A DNA stretch of 64,000 bases from Muribaculaceae bacterium (GCA_022510465.1 JAFLTJ010000002.1:3242-67241), one strand, 5' to 3'; numbered from the stretch's first letter, positions 28,695 through 38,345 are shown. Numbers and translations are program-made. Notes: a model not told the origin generated them from the sequence alone.

Positions 28695-29468
28695 ATGGAG
28701 TTAAATCTCAAACGCCCGCTGATATTTTTTGATTTAGAGACGACCGGACTTAGTATTACGCATGACCGGATTGTGGAAATATCGATGGTAAAGGTTAATC
28801 CTGACGGAAGTACTATCGAAAAGACTCGACGAATCAATCCGGGTATTCCAATTCCGGCCGAGGCGACGGCGGTTCACCATATAAGTGACGAGGATGTAAA
28901 GGATGAGCCGACATTCAAGCAGATAGCCCGCTCGCTGGAGGAGTTTATGACGGGATGTGATATTGCCGGCTTCAATTCTAATCGTTTTGATGTCCCGATG
29001 TTGAGCGAGGAGTTTTACCGCGCGGGGATTAAATTTAATTTCGAGCGGGTAAACTTTATAGATGTTCAGACGATATTCCACAAGAAGGAGCAAAGGACCT
29101 TGGAGGCGGCATATCGGTTTTATTGCGATAAGAATCTTGATGGCGCACATTCGGCGTGTGCCGACACTAAAGCGACAATTGAGGTTCTGAAGGCTCAGCT
29201 TGACCGTTATCCGGATTTGGAAAACGATGTGGAGATGCTAAGCCACTATTCGTCGCAGAACAAGAATGTTGATTTGATGGGCCGATTGGTTTATGATGAC
29301 AAAGGCCGCGAGATAATCAATTTTGGCAAATACAAGGGTCAGGCGGCTGCCGATGTGATGAAGCGTGATACAAGTTTCTTGGACTGGATATTGAAGGGTG
29401 ATTTCAGCCAGGATACAAAGAATGCGTTTTTGAACATCAAAATATCGATGCAAAAGAGGAATGCTTAA
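28695..29468 (+). CDS. DEDD 3'-5' exonuclease (DnaQ/epsilon-like) with an ExoX-like C-terminal domain
   Basis: Exo I FFDLETTG, Exo II GFNSNRFDVPML, Exo III HSACADT. The C-terminal part reads FGKYKGQ...FLDWIL. Confidence 0.85.
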   Translation: MELNLKRPLIFFDLETTGLSITHDRIVEISMVKVNPDGSTIEKTRRINPGIPIPAEATAVHHISDEDVKDEPTFKQIARSLEEFMTGCDIAGFNSNRFDVPMLSEEFYRAGIKFNFERVNFIDVQTIFHKKEQRTLEAAYRFYCDKNLDGAHSACADTKATIEVLKAQLDRYPDLENDVEMLSHYSSQNKNVDLMGRLVYDDKGREIINFGKYKGQAAADVMKRDTSFLDWILKGDFSQDTKNAFLNIKISMQKRNA

Positions 29469-30654
29469 AGGGAAACATATCATACTTGGCATAACCGGAG
29501 GGATAGCGGCGTATAAGTCGGTATCGCTGCTGAGGCTGCTGATTAAGGCCGGCGCAGAGGTTCAGGTTGTAATCACGCCGTCGGGGAAGGAGTTTATAAC
29601 TCCGGTGACGCTGTCGGCGTTGTCGGGTAAACCGGTTGTCAGCGAGTTTTTTACGGCTAACACCGGGGAGTGGCATTCTCATGTAGACTTGGGTTTATGG
29701 GCCGACGCGATGATAATAGCGCCGGCTACAGCCTCGACGATAGGGAAGATGGCCAACGGCGTTGCCGACAATATGCTTGTAACAACTTATCTTTCGGCTA
29801 AATCGCAGGTGTTTGTGGCTCCGGCTATGGACCTTGATATGATGGCTCATCCGTCGACGGTTGCCAACATAGAGCGGTTGCGCAGCTATGGCAATATCAT
29901 CATAGAGCCCACCAGCGGAGAATTGGCCAGTCATCTGACTGGAAAGGGGCGCATGGAGGAACCGGAAGAGATTGTCAAGGTGATAGACCGCTATTTTGAG
30001 GCTCAATGTTCGATGGCGGGCAAGAGGGTGTTGATAACCGCCGGCCCTACGTATGAACGGCTTGACCCGGTTCGTTTCATAGGAAATTATTCAAGCGGCA
30101 AAATGGGGTATGCACTTGCCGAGGAGGCGGCTCGACGTGGAGCGAAGGTTACGCTTGTAAGCGGGCCGGTTGCGCTAAAGGCGGTTCATCCTAACATAGA
30201 GGTGATTGCGGTTGAGAGTGCTGTTGAAATGCGTGATAAGTGTGTTGCATGTTTTGCCGATGTTGATATGGCTATATTGAGTGCCGCAGTTGCCGATTAT
30301 GCGCCGGTTGAGGTTCAGGAGCGAAAAATCAAGCGGGAGCATGATGATGTGCCGGTTATAAAATTGAAGAAAAATCCGGATATAGCGGCGACTCTTGGCG
30401 GCCTTAAGCGTGCGGGGCAGCAGTTGATAGGGTTTGCGCTTGAAACGGATAATGAAAAGGCAAATGCTATCGAGAAGCTGCGTCGTAAGAATCTTGACAA
30501 GATAGTTCTAAATTCGCTCAGGGATGCCGGAGCCGGCTTTGGAACGGATACCAATAAGGTGACAGTGATTGATGTCGCCGGCAAGGAGGTTGCTCTTCCG
30601 TTGATGAGTAAGGCAGATGTTGCCGTGGCTATTATAGATATGCTCAACGTATAG
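29461..30654 (+). CDS. coaBC: Bifunctional phosphopantothenoylcysteine decarboxylase / phosphopantothenate-cysteine ligase
   Basis: Flavoprotein N-domain (ILGITGGIAAYK, PAMDLDM) and CoaB C-domain (ITAGPTYERLDPVRFIGNYSSGKMG). It overlaps the upstream gene by 8 nt. Confidence 0.93.
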   Translation: MLKGKHIILGITGGIAAYKSVSLLRLLIKAGAEVQVVITPSGKEFITPVTLSALSGKPVVSEFFTANTGEWHSHVDLGLWADAMIIAPATASTIGKMANGVADNMLVTTYLSAKSQVFVAPAMDLDMMAHPSTVANIERLRSYGNIIIEPTSGELASHLTGKGRMEEPEEIVKVIDRYFEAQCSMAGKRVLITAGPTYERLDPVRFIGNYSSGKMGYALAEEAARRGAKVTLVSGPVALKAVHPNIEVIAVESAVEMRDKCVACFADVDMAILSAAVADYAPVEVQERKIKREHDDVPVIKLKKNPDIAATLGGLKRAGQQLIGFALETDNEKANAIEKLRRKNLDKIVLNSLRDAGAGFGTDTNKVTVIDVAGKEVALPLMSKADVAVAIIDMLNV

Positions 30655-30665
30655 TTTGTGTGACT

Positions 30666-31583
30666 ATGAGGAGATTATTTGTATATGGGGTGTTTCTGTC
30701 GGTTCTTTTGGCTCTGACGCAACGTGTGGGAGCGCAGGAACTGAACTGTAATGTCGAGATAAATTCCCAGCAGGTTCAAAATACGGGTGGCAAGCAGGTT
30801 TTTGAGACGCTGCAGGCGGCGATGAACGATTATATGAATACGACAAAGTTCACCAACGCCCAGTTTGCCGCCAATGAGAAGATAGAATGTAAACTGTTTT
30901 TTACGGTCAAGGAGTATGTCGACAATAAAATAACGGGTGATTTGCAGGTTCAGTCGACACGCCCGGTGTATAATTCAAACTATAACTCGACGCTTTTAAA
31001 TTTTAAAGATACGAAGATAGAATTTGATTATCAGGAGAATGAACCGCTGATATTCAGTGAAACGAATATGGAGAGCAATCTGACGGCGATTCTGAATTTT
31101 TATGCGTATCTGATTATAGCGCTGGATTTTGACTCGTTCTCTCCCCGTGGCGGCGACCCATATTGGGATAGGGCAGAGCAGGTGGTAAGAATGGCGCAAT
31201 CGTCGGGCGAGACCGGTTGGAAACAGTTTGAGGATAACAAGAACAGGGCGGCGGTGTACAGCGCTTACACCGACCCGGCAACAAACTCGTTGCGCGATAT
31301 GATATATAATTATCACCGCAAAGGGTTAGACGAAATGTCGGTTAGCCCCGATAAGGGCAGGGCGGCGATAACCGAGAGCTTAGAGCCGTTGCGCAAGGTG
31401 TTTCAGGTGGCGCCGATGTCGGTTGGCTTGTCGATGTTTAAGGATGCGAAGCTTGATGAGCTTGTGAATGTTTACACGAAAGGGACCCCGGATGAGCGGG
31501 AGAAGGTGTATGAGCTTCTGTCGAGTCTCTATCCAACTGAACAAACGCGCCTTGATATGATAAAAAAGGGGGTTAACAAGTAG
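30666..31583 (+). CDS. DUF4835-family secreted protein (annotated as T9SS-associated PorD in some resources)
   Basis: Signal peptide, then QELNCNVEINSQQVQ. The conserved Bacteroidota position between coaBC and recN matches my recollection of this family. The start was trimmed to ATG 30666. Confidence 0.6.
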   Translation: MRRLFVYGVFLSVLLALTQRVGAQELNCNVEINSQQVQNTGGKQVFETLQAAMNDYMNTTKFTNAQFAANEKIECKLFFTVKEYVDNKITGDLQVQSTRPVYNSNYNSTLLNFKDTKIEFDYQENEPLIFSETNMESNLTAILNFYAYLIIALDFDSFSPRGGDPYWDRAEQVVRMAQSSGETGWKQFEDNKNRAAVYSAYTDPATNSLRDMIYNYHRKGLDEMSVSPDKGRAAITESLEPLRKVFQVAPMSVGLSMFKDAKLDELVNVYTKGTPDEREKVYELLSSLYPTEQTRLDMIKKGVNK

Positions 31584-31590
31584 TAGAAGT

Positions 31591-33255
31591 ATGCTGGAGT
31601 CGCTACATATATCCAACTATGCGCTAATAGATAGTGTAGATATAAGCTTTGCCCCTGGTCTGAATATCATTACCGGAGAGACAGGGGCAGGAAAGTCGGT
31701 TATGCTTGGCGCGTTGTCGCTTATATTGGGAGACAGGGCAGATAGCCGTGTTGTGGCCGACCATGACAGCAAGTCGGTAATCGAGGCTACATTTGCCGTT
31801 GGCCGCTATCCGGGATTAAAGGAATTCTGTGTTTCCAATGATTTGGAATGGGATGACGCGGTTTGTATTCTCAGGCGTGAAATCTCGCCGACCGGAAGGT
31901 CAAGGGCGTTTGTCAACGATTCGCCGGTTACGCTTGCTCTGTTGCGCGGGGTGGCGATGCAGCTTGTAGATATTCATTCTCAGCATCAAAATCTGTTGTT
32001 GTCGCGCCCGGAATATCAGATGCAAATGTTGGATTCGCTTGCCGGAAATGAGGGCCGTTTGTCGGTTCATGCGACGCGCTATGCGGCTTTCCGCCAGGCG
32101 ATGAAGCGGTTGAAGACGTTAAAGGTCAGGATAGAGCAGGATAGGCGCGACGAGGAATATACCCGCTATCAGCTGGAGCAGCTTGACGAGCTGGCGCCAA
32201 TTGCCGGGGAACAGGATGAACTTGAGCAACGCCGGGATATTCTGTCAAACCTGACGGAGCTGAAATCGTGGCTGACTCAGGCATTAGACGTTCTTTCGGA
32301 GGGGCGTAATAGTGCCGCAGAGCAGATAGCAAGCTCTATCGAGGCTGTAAACGCGATAGAGAGCGTGCTTCCGGCAAAGGCTTCAATCCCGGGCAGATTG
32401 GAGTCGCTGGCGATAGAGCTGGGCGATATTGTGTCTACGTTGCAAAAGGTTGATGAACGGTTGCAGGCCGACCCGTCGGAGCTTGAATATGTGGAGGAGC
32501 GTCTGAATGCTATATATGGCATGGAACATCGTCATAATGTAGATACGGTTGAGGCTCTGATAGCTATTCGCGAGGAGCTGTCGATGCGTCTCAGCGCGTT
32601 AAACGACAGCGACGGGAGTATAGCCGAGCTTGAAAAGGAGGCCCGACGTGCCAGGTCGTTGGCTCGCGAGAGTGCGGCCGAAATAACGGCGGCCCGAATA
32701 GAGGCCGGGCGGCAGCTGGCAGCAAAACTGCAGGAATTGGCCGTGCCGTTGGGAATGAAGAATCTGCAGTGTAAGATAAACGTAAATCCGGCCGATTTGT
32801 CGGTCACAGGAGCCGATAGTGTCGAATTTCTGTTTTCGTTCAATAAGAATCAGTCTCCGATGCCGGTAGGTGAGACGGCGTCGGGTGGTGAAATTTCGCG
32901 GTTAATGCTGTGTGTCAAGTCGATAATAGCGTCGCGGATGCAGCTTCCGTCGATAATTTTTGATGAGATAGATACCGGAGTTTCGGGCGATGTTGCGTCT
33001 AAAATGGGGCGTATGATGGCCGATTTGGGCCGCAATATCCAGGTTATAGCCATAACCCACTTGCCGCAGGTTGCAGCCAAGGGTGAGGCTCACTTTAAGG
33101 TTTATAAAGAGGATGACGAGCATAGTACGCATACCCGAATATCCAGGTTGGATAGCGCGGCGCGTCTTGACGAGATAGCAATGATGGTCAGTGACGGAGC
33201 AGTTACGGCCGAGGCCAGGGCTAATGCTCGCGCTTTGCTTGATAATCAAAATTAG
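31591..33255 (+). CDS. recN: DNA repair protein RecN
   Basis: SMC-like N-terminus with Walker A (GETGAGKS), a long coiled coil, and C-terminal SGGEISR and IIFDEIDTGVSG motifs. Confidence 0.93.
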   Translation: MLESLHISNYALIDSVDISFAPGLNIITGETGAGKSVMLGALSLILGDRADSRVVADHDSKSVIEATFAVGRYPGLKEFCVSNDLEWDDAVCILRREISPTGRSRAFVNDSPVTLALLRGVAMQLVDIHSQHQNLLLSRPEYQMQMLDSLAGNEGRLSVHATRYAAFRQAMKRLKTLKVRIEQDRRDEEYTRYQLEQLDELAPIAGEQDELEQRRDILSNLTELKSWLTQALDVLSEGRNSAAEQIASSIEAVNAIESVLPAKASIPGRLESLAIELGDIVSTLQKVDERLQADPSELEYVEERLNAIYGMEHRHNVDTVEALIAIREELSMRLSALNDSDGSIAELEKEARRARSLARESAAEITAARIEAGRQLAAKLQELAVPLGMKNLQCKINVNPADLSVTGADSVEFLFSFNKNQSPMPVGETASGGEISRLMLCVKSIIASRMQLPSIIFDEIDTGVSGDVASKMGRMMADLGRNIQVIAITHLPQVAAKGEAHFKVYKEDDEHSTHTRISRLDSAARLDEIAMMVSDGAVTAEARANARALLDNQN

Positions 33256-33261
33256 AGGTTT

Positions 33262-34017
33262 ATGCAACGGGAAGAATATGTTTATGGTATCAGAGCCATA
33301 ATGGAGGCGATAGATGCCGGCCGGGAGATAGACAAATTGATGATAGCGCGTGATGTCAACGGTCAGCTGATTGTTGAACTGATGGAGAAGGCTCGGGAGG
33401 CCGGTGTTTACGTTCAACGAGTGCCGATGGAGCGTATAAACCGTATAACCCGTAAAAATCATCAGGGAGCACTGGCAATTCTCGGGGTTGTGTCCTATTA
33501 TCCGATAGAGCATCTTGTCCCGGAATTGTATGAGCAAGGGAGATTGCCTTTTGTGGTTGTTCTTGACGGTATTACCGACGTTCGTAATTTTGGCGCGATA
33601 GCCCGCACGTGTGAGTGTGCCGGGGTTGATGCTATTGTCATCCCCAAGCATGGCAGCGTCAGCGTAGGCGGCGATGCAATCAAGACGTCGGCCGGAGCAT
33701 TGCATTATCTGCCTGTGTGTCGGGAGAATAATATCGGCAGGGCGGTGAAGTTTCTGAAAGATAACGGATATCAGATAGTGGCCGTGAGCGAGAAAGCCGA
33801 TTTCAACTATACGCGAGGTGACTATACGGGCCCCGTTGCGCTGGTTATGGGAGCGGAGGATGTTGGTATTTCGCCGGCTGTGATGAAGCTGTGTGATACA
33901 CGTGTTTCAATACCTATGTTTGGCAAAATCGGGTCTCTGAATGTGTCGATAGCAGCCGGAGTAGTTGTCTATGAGGTTGTGAATCAGCGTTTGCGGGCCG
34001 ATTTTGAGGTGGGCTGA
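33262..34017 (+). CDS. rlmB: 23S rRNA (guanosine-2'-O)-methyltransferase, RlmB/TrmH (SpoU) family
   Basis: N-terminal substrate-binding domain (YGIRAIMEAI). SPOUT motifs NFGAIARTCECAG, LVMGAEDVGIS and IPMFGKIGSLNVS. Confidence 0.85.
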   Translation: MQREEYVYGIRAIMEAIDAGREIDKLMIARDVNGQLIVELMEKAREAGVYVQRVPMERINRITRKNHQGALAILGVVSYYPIEHLVPELYEQGRLPFVVVLDGITDVRNFGAIARTCECAGVDAIVIPKHGSVSVGGDAIKTSAGALHYLPVCRENNIGRAVKFLKDNGYQIVAVSEKADFNYTRGDYTGPVALVMGAEDVGISPAVMKLCDTRVSIPMFGKIGSLNVSIAAGVVVYEVVNQRLRADFEVG

Positions 34018-34116
34018 AGTGAAGAGCAATAGGTGTTTAGTATCTATTTGTGGTCAAAAACGGTTCAATAATCCATTTTTGCACAAGGTTATTGGCCGAG
34101 TTTCGATTTTTTTGGC

Positions 34117-34124
34117 TAAATTTG
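34117..34124 (+). promoter_or_regulatory. Candidate -7 promoter box for the lpxD-lpxC/fabZ-lpxA operon
   Basis: TAAATTTG 26 nt upstream of the lpxD ATG. Only a partial -33 (ATTG) lies 21 nt upstream. Confidence 0.4.
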
Positions 34125-34150
34125 CACTCCATTACCGACAGTTGTAACTT

Positions 34151-35170
34151 ATGGAGTTTTCAGCAAGTCAAATCGCTGCGCTGTGTAACGGCACGGTGGA
34201 GGGCGATTCAGATGTAAAAGTTAATACGATAGCCAAAATAGAGGAGGGGCGCGAGGGCTCAATATCTTTTTTGGCCAATCCTATATATACCCCTTACATT
34301 TATACGACAGGGTCGTCGATAGTGTTGGTTAACCGTGATTTTCAGGCCGAACAGCCTATAAAGGCGACGCTGATTAGAGTGGATGACCCGTATGCCACGG
34401 TCGCATCGTTGCTTGAGATGGTTGACAAGATGACCAGGCAGACGAGACGTGGGGTAGAGCAGCCGTGTTATATATCTGACGGGGTTGATATTGCGGATGA
34501 TAATTATGTCGGGGCGTTTGCCTATATCGGTAAAAATGTGAAGCTCGGCAGCGGAGTCCAGATTTATCCTCGCGTTTATATAGGCGACAATGTTTCGATA
34601 GGCGACAATACAATTCTATACCCTGGAGTGACGGTTTATCATGACTGTGTTATCGGGAATGATTGTATTATACATGCCGGAGTGGTTGTAGGTGCCGACG
34701 GTTTTGGCTTTGCTCCCGTTGGGGAGAGGTATAACAAGATACCGCAGGTTGGAAACGTGGTTATCGAGGATAATGTTGAGGTGGGTGCCAATACGACTAT
34801 CGACCGCGCAACAATGGGCAGTACGCTGATTTCGGCCGGGGTAAAATTGGATAATCTGATTCAGGTTGCCCACAACTGCACCATAGGCAGCAATACCGTA
34901 GTGGCGGCACAAACCGGCATGGCAGGGTCGTCGCACATCGGGGCTAACTGCATGATAGGCGGTCAGGTTGGTTTTGCCGGGCATATAACCGTAGGGGACC
35001 ATACGCAGATAGGGGCGCAGAGCGGTATTCCTAAAAGCGTACCAGCCGGGAGTCGCCTGATGGGGTATCCGGCTGTTAATGCCGGGGACTTTGCACGTCA
35101 AAGTGTACACATCAAGAAGTTGGGCCAACTTTTTGAGCGAGTTGCCAACCTGGAGAAGGAGAATGGTTAA
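34151..35170 (+). CDS. lpxD: UDP-3-O-acylglucosamine N-acyltransferase
   Basis: N-terminal uridine-binding domain, then a long left-handed beta-helix of hexapeptide repeats (IGDN.. / IGAN..). Confidence 0.93.
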   Translation: MEFSASQIAALCNGTVEGDSDVKVNTIAKIEEGREGSISFLANPIYTPYIYTTGSSIVLVNRDFQAEQPIKATLIRVDDPYATVASLLEMVDKMTRQTRRGVEQPCYISDGVDIADDNYVGAFAYIGKNVKLGSGVQIYPRVYIGDNVSIGDNTILYPGVTVYHDCVIGNDCIIHAGVVVGADGFGFAPVGERYNKIPQVGNVVIEDNVEVGANTTIDRATMGSTLISAGVKLDNLIQVAHNCTIGSNTVVAAQTGMAGSSHIGANCMIGGQVGFAGHITVGDHTQIGAQSGIPKSVPAGSRLMGYPAVNAGDFARQSVHIKKLGQLFERVANLEKENG

Positions 35171-35178
35171 AGAAATTT

Positions 35179-36585
35179 ATGATAAAGAAAGAAAATCACG
35201 ATATGAAACAAAGAACTCTCAAAGAAAGTTTTTCCGTTAAGGGTAAGGGTCTGCACACGGGAATTGAAATAGAGGCAACAATCAAGCCGGCACCTGAAAA
35301 TACCGGCCGTAGTTTTGTCAGAATAGATATAGAAGGGGCTCCGGCTATAGATGCCGTGGCCGAAAACGTGGTGTCGACAATCCGAGGTACCGTGATAGGT
35401 AAGGGAGACGTGCGTGTCAGCACTATTGAACACTGTCTTGCGGCGCTGTATGCAGCCGGTATAGATAACTGCGTAATCGAGGTAAACGGGCCTGAATTAC
35501 CAATTTTAGACGGTAGCGCGGCGCTGTATTGCAGCGAGATAGCCCGAGTAGGGGTAGAAGAGCAGGAGGCTGAAAAAGATTTCTACATAGTAAAGTCAAA
35601 AATTGAGGTAAGGGATGATTCCAACGGCTCATCCATAATAGTGATGCCCGACGAGGATTTTAGTATTGACACTATGGTTGCTTACGATTCGCCGGTGTTG
35701 ACCAATCAGTTTGCCACGCTTGAAAAGCTGGATGAGTTTGCCGAAAAAATCGGCGGCAGCCGCACGTTTGTGTTTGTTCGTGAGATAGAGCCCCTTGTAG
35801 ACAGTAACATGATAAAAGGCGGGGACCTTGACAATGCCATTGTGATTTATGACTCTCCGATGGACCAGTCTCAGCTTGACCATATTGCCGATTTAATGAA
35901 TGTTCCTCACAAAAATGTAAATCAGTTTGGCTATCTGAACAATCGGGAATTGACAAGCGAAAATGAGCCTGCCAAGCATAAATTGATGGATGTTTTGGGT
36001 GACATAGCTCTTATAGGGCGCCCGCTTCGTGGAAAAATCATAGCCACGCGGCCCGGGCATACAATTAACACGACCTTTGCAAAGAAGATTCGTCGCGAAA
36101 TAAAGCGACAAGAGCTACAGGCCCCTGTGTACAATCCTAACGAGGCTCCGGTACTTGACAATAACCGTATTCGTGAACTTTTGCCCCATCGCTATCCATT
36201 CCTCTTGGTTGACAAGGTTATTGAAATGGGAACAAGCCATATAGTCGGAGTCAAAAATGTCACAGTCAACGAGCCATTCTTCCAGGGGCATTTCCCGCAG
36301 GAACCCGTAATGCCCGGCGTTCTTTTGGTTGAGGCAATGGCGCAGACGGGCGGCTTGTTGGTGCTTAATACAGTTGATGAGCCGGAGCGCTATTCAACCT
36401 ATTTTATGAAGATTGACAATGTGAAGTTCCGTCAGAAGGTGGTTCCCGGAGACACTCTGCTGTTCCATATATCATTTATGACTCCCATGCGTCGAGGTTG
36501 TGCCGTAATGAAGGGATATGTATTTGTAGGCGAGAAGATTGTTGCCGAATGTGAATTTATGGCACAAATAGTCAAAAACAAATAA
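35179..36585 (+). CDS. lpxC/fabZ: Bifunctional UDP-3-O-acyl-GlcNAc deacetylase / 3-hydroxyacyl-ACP dehydratase (LpxC-FabZ fusion)
   Basis: LpxC part: KQRTLKESFSVKGKGLHTG, STIEHCLAAL, HKLMDVLGD. FabZ hotdog part: LPHRYPFLLVD, FFQGHFPQEPVMPGVL. An alternative start is ATG 35203. Confidence 0.93.
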   Translation: MIKKENHDMKQRTLKESFSVKGKGLHTGIEIEATIKPAPENTGRSFVRIDIEGAPAIDAVAENVVSTIRGTVIGKGDVRVSTIEHCLAALYAAGIDNCVIEVNGPELPILDGSAALYCSEIARVGVEEQEAEKDFYIVKSKIEVRDDSNGSSIIVMPDEDFSIDTMVAYDSPVLTNQFATLEKLDEFAEKIGGSRTFVFVREIEPLVDSNMIKGGDLDNAIVIYDSPMDQSQLDHIADLMNVPHKNVNQFGYLNNRELTSENEPAKHKLMDVLGDIALIGRPLRGKIIATRPGHTINTTFAKKIRREIKRQELQAPVYNPNEAPVLDNNRIRELLPHRYPFLLVDKVIEMGTSHIVGVKNVTVNEPFFQGHFPQEPVMPGVLLVEAMAQTGGLLVLNTVDEPERYSTYFMKIDNVKFRQKVVPGDTLLFHISFMTPMRRGCAVMKGYVFVGEKIVAECEFMAQIVKNK

Positions 36586-36609
36586 AACTGTTGTTCAAAA
36601 TCACGTTAG

Positions 36610-37389
36610 ATGATGGATTACCCAAATACAGTTATACATTCCGACGCCCGGATAGCCCCCGGTGTAACCATTGGCCCGTTTACTACAATAGCGGGCAATG
36701 TGGAGATTGGGGAAGGGACACAGATTGGCAGCAATGTTACGATTCTTGACGGGGCTCGCATCGGGGCAAACTGCAAGATATTTCCAGGTGCCGTTATAGC
36801 CGGAGTTCCGCAGGATTTGAAGTTTAAAGGTGAAGAAACGCTGGCAATTATCGGCGACAATACGACTTTGCGGGAGTGTGTAACGGTGAATCGCGGAACT
36901 GCGTCTAAGGGGCAGACGGTTGTGGGCAACAATTGTCTTATTATGGCCTATAGCCATGTTGCACACGATTGTACTCTTGGCAATAACATTATAATATCCA
37001 ATGCAACCCAGCTTGCCGGCGAGGTTATCATAGATGATTTTGCCGTAATAGGAGGTGGTACACTCGTTCATCAGTTCAGTAGATTGGGAGCGCATATTAT
37101 GGTGCAGGGCGGAGCGTTAATCAATAAGGATATACCGCCGTTTGTCATGGCAGCCAGAGAGCCTATCAGCTATACCGGTGTAAATTCGGTGGGGTTGCGC
37201 CGTCGCGGCTTTACGTCTGAGCAAGTTGACGAAATTCTGTCTATCTATCGCGATTTATATATGTCAAAACTGAACGTTACAGAAGCATTGGCAAAGATTG
37301 AGGCCGAGCATCCGGTAACGCCGATACGTAATAGCATTATTGATTTTATTCGCAGCAGCGAGCGCGGAATACTGCGCTGCGGAGTTTAA
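36610..37389 (+). CDS. lpxA: Acyl-ACP--UDP-N-acetylglucosamine O-acyltransferase
   Basis: Hexapeptide beta-helix plus a C-terminal helical domain (NSVGLRRRGFTSEQV). Confidence 0.93.
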   Translation: MMDYPNTVIHSDARIAPGVTIGPFTTIAGNVEIGEGTQIGSNVTILDGARIGANCKIFPGAVIAGVPQDLKFKGEETLAIIGDNTTLRECVTVNRGTASKGQTVVGNNCLIMAYSHVAHDCTLGNNIIISNATQLAGEVIIDDFAVIGGGTLVHQFSRLGAHIMVQGGALINKDIPPFVMAAREPISYTGVNSVGLRRRGFTSEQVDEILSIYRDLYMSKLNVTEALAKIEAEHPVTPIRNSIIDFIRSSERGILRCGV

Positions 37390-37404
37390 TAGGCAACGTT
37401 ACAT

Positions 37405-37449
37405 ACAAAGAGAGTGTCTCAGGGTTGAACTGGGGCACTCTCTCTTTGT
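37405..37449. terminator. Bidirectional terminator hairpin between lpxA and the DUF3127 gene
   Basis: ACAAAGAGAGTG (37405-37416) pairs with CACTCTCTCTTTGT (37436-37449) with a 2-nt bulge. It lies between convergent genes. Confidence 0.65.
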
Positions 37450-37473
37450 GTTGTTATGTGCGTGGGCGCTGTG

Positions 37474-37872
37474 TTAGAATGGCAGGTCATCCTCGCCGCC
37501 GGGTGCAGCTTCAAGTGGAGAAGTGGCAGGAACTGAGCCAAGGCCATATCCTCCCGGCATTGTATCGTTGACTACCGGAGGAACCGGTCCGGCCTGTTGC
37601 GTGGCACTGCCCCTCTCGGCTTTCCATGCGCTGATGTCGGTGTACCATCGCCCGTTGAACTCACGGCTGTTAATATCAAATGAAATTGTCACCTCTTCAC
37701 CGACGCTCAAAGGATACTGGTCGGCACGGTCTCCGAAAAAGTGAAAATGCACTTTGCGAGGGTAAGTATCCATCGTTTCAAGAACGTACTCGCGTTTTTT
37801 CCATGCATTGCCGCTCTTAGAGGTGCCTGATTGTTCGGGCAAGGCGACAATAATTTTGCCATGTATTTCCAT
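37474..37872 (-). CDS. DUF3127-family protein (OB-fold-like) with a Gly/Pro-rich linker and an SSB-like acidic C-terminal tip
   Basis: MEIHGKIIVALPEQSGTSKSGNAWKKREYVLET...YPRKV.F..FGDR...VSFDINSREFNGRWYTDISAWK matches my recollection of the DUF3127 core. The tail ends ...PGGEDDLPF. Confidence 0.7.
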   Translation of the reverse strand: MEIHGKIIVALPEQSGTSKSGNAWKKREYVLETMDTYPRKVHFHFFGDRADQYPLSVGEEVTISFDINSREFNGRWYTDISAWKAERGSATQQAGPVPPVVNDTMPGGYGLGSVPATSPLEAAPGGEDDLPF

Positions 37873-37895
37873 TCTAAATTTATTTTATGTGATTG

Positions 37896-38273
37896 TTATC
37901 TGATGAATTTGTTGACTGCCGGTATTGAGCCGTCGGAGAAATGTGTCACAACGATGTATATACCATAGTCAAAATCGCCGGTATTGACCGAAACCTGTGT
38001 TCCACGAACTCGTTTTACCCTTAACTTTGAGCCGTTAATGGCATAAACTTCCACCTTCTCAATTTCTACATCACTCGAAATCTCTACAATTTCGCCATAG
38101 TGTACAAAGTGAACTTCCCGAGGCTTTACTATCTCGGCTTCAATTAGTTCAGGACCGTAACCCCATTCAACGTCGGCAGCAGGTACATAACGACGACGAA
38201 CCGACGCCCCGTGTGCTGTTTCACACAGGATAACGACTAAAAGAATTAACAGTATAAAACCCTTTGCTCGCAT
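37896..38273 (-). CDS. Small secreted protein: signal peptide plus a T9SS type-A-like C-terminal sorting domain
   Basis: MRAKGFILLILLVVILCETAHG signal. The last ~70 aa (IEKVEVYAINGSKLRVKRVRGTQVSVNTGDFDYGIYIVVTHFSDGSIPAVNKFIR) fit the Por secretion-tail pattern. The start was trimmed from 38336 to ATG 38273. Confidence 0.4.
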   Translation of the reverse strand: MRAKGFILLILLVVILCETAHGASVRRRYVPAADVEWGYGPELIEAEIVKPREVHFVHYGEIVEISSDVEIEKVEVYAINGSKLRVKRVRGTQVSVNTGDFDYGIYIVVTHFSDGSIPAVNKFIR

Positions 38274-38345
38274 AACCGATAACAAAGGTACAAAATATTC
38301 CTGGAATTCCAAAAAAATGTTTTGCCGGCAAATCATTCAGGCAGC

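Noticed and set aside
27542-29468. dnaN followed by an epsilon-like exonuclease, as a possible novel clamp-exonuclease module.
   Set aside because: I could not find a clear clamp-binding motif (QL[SD]LF-like) in the exonuclease. As far as I recall, the dnaN-exonuclease-coaBC-DUF4835-recN order is a common conserved arrangement in this phylum.
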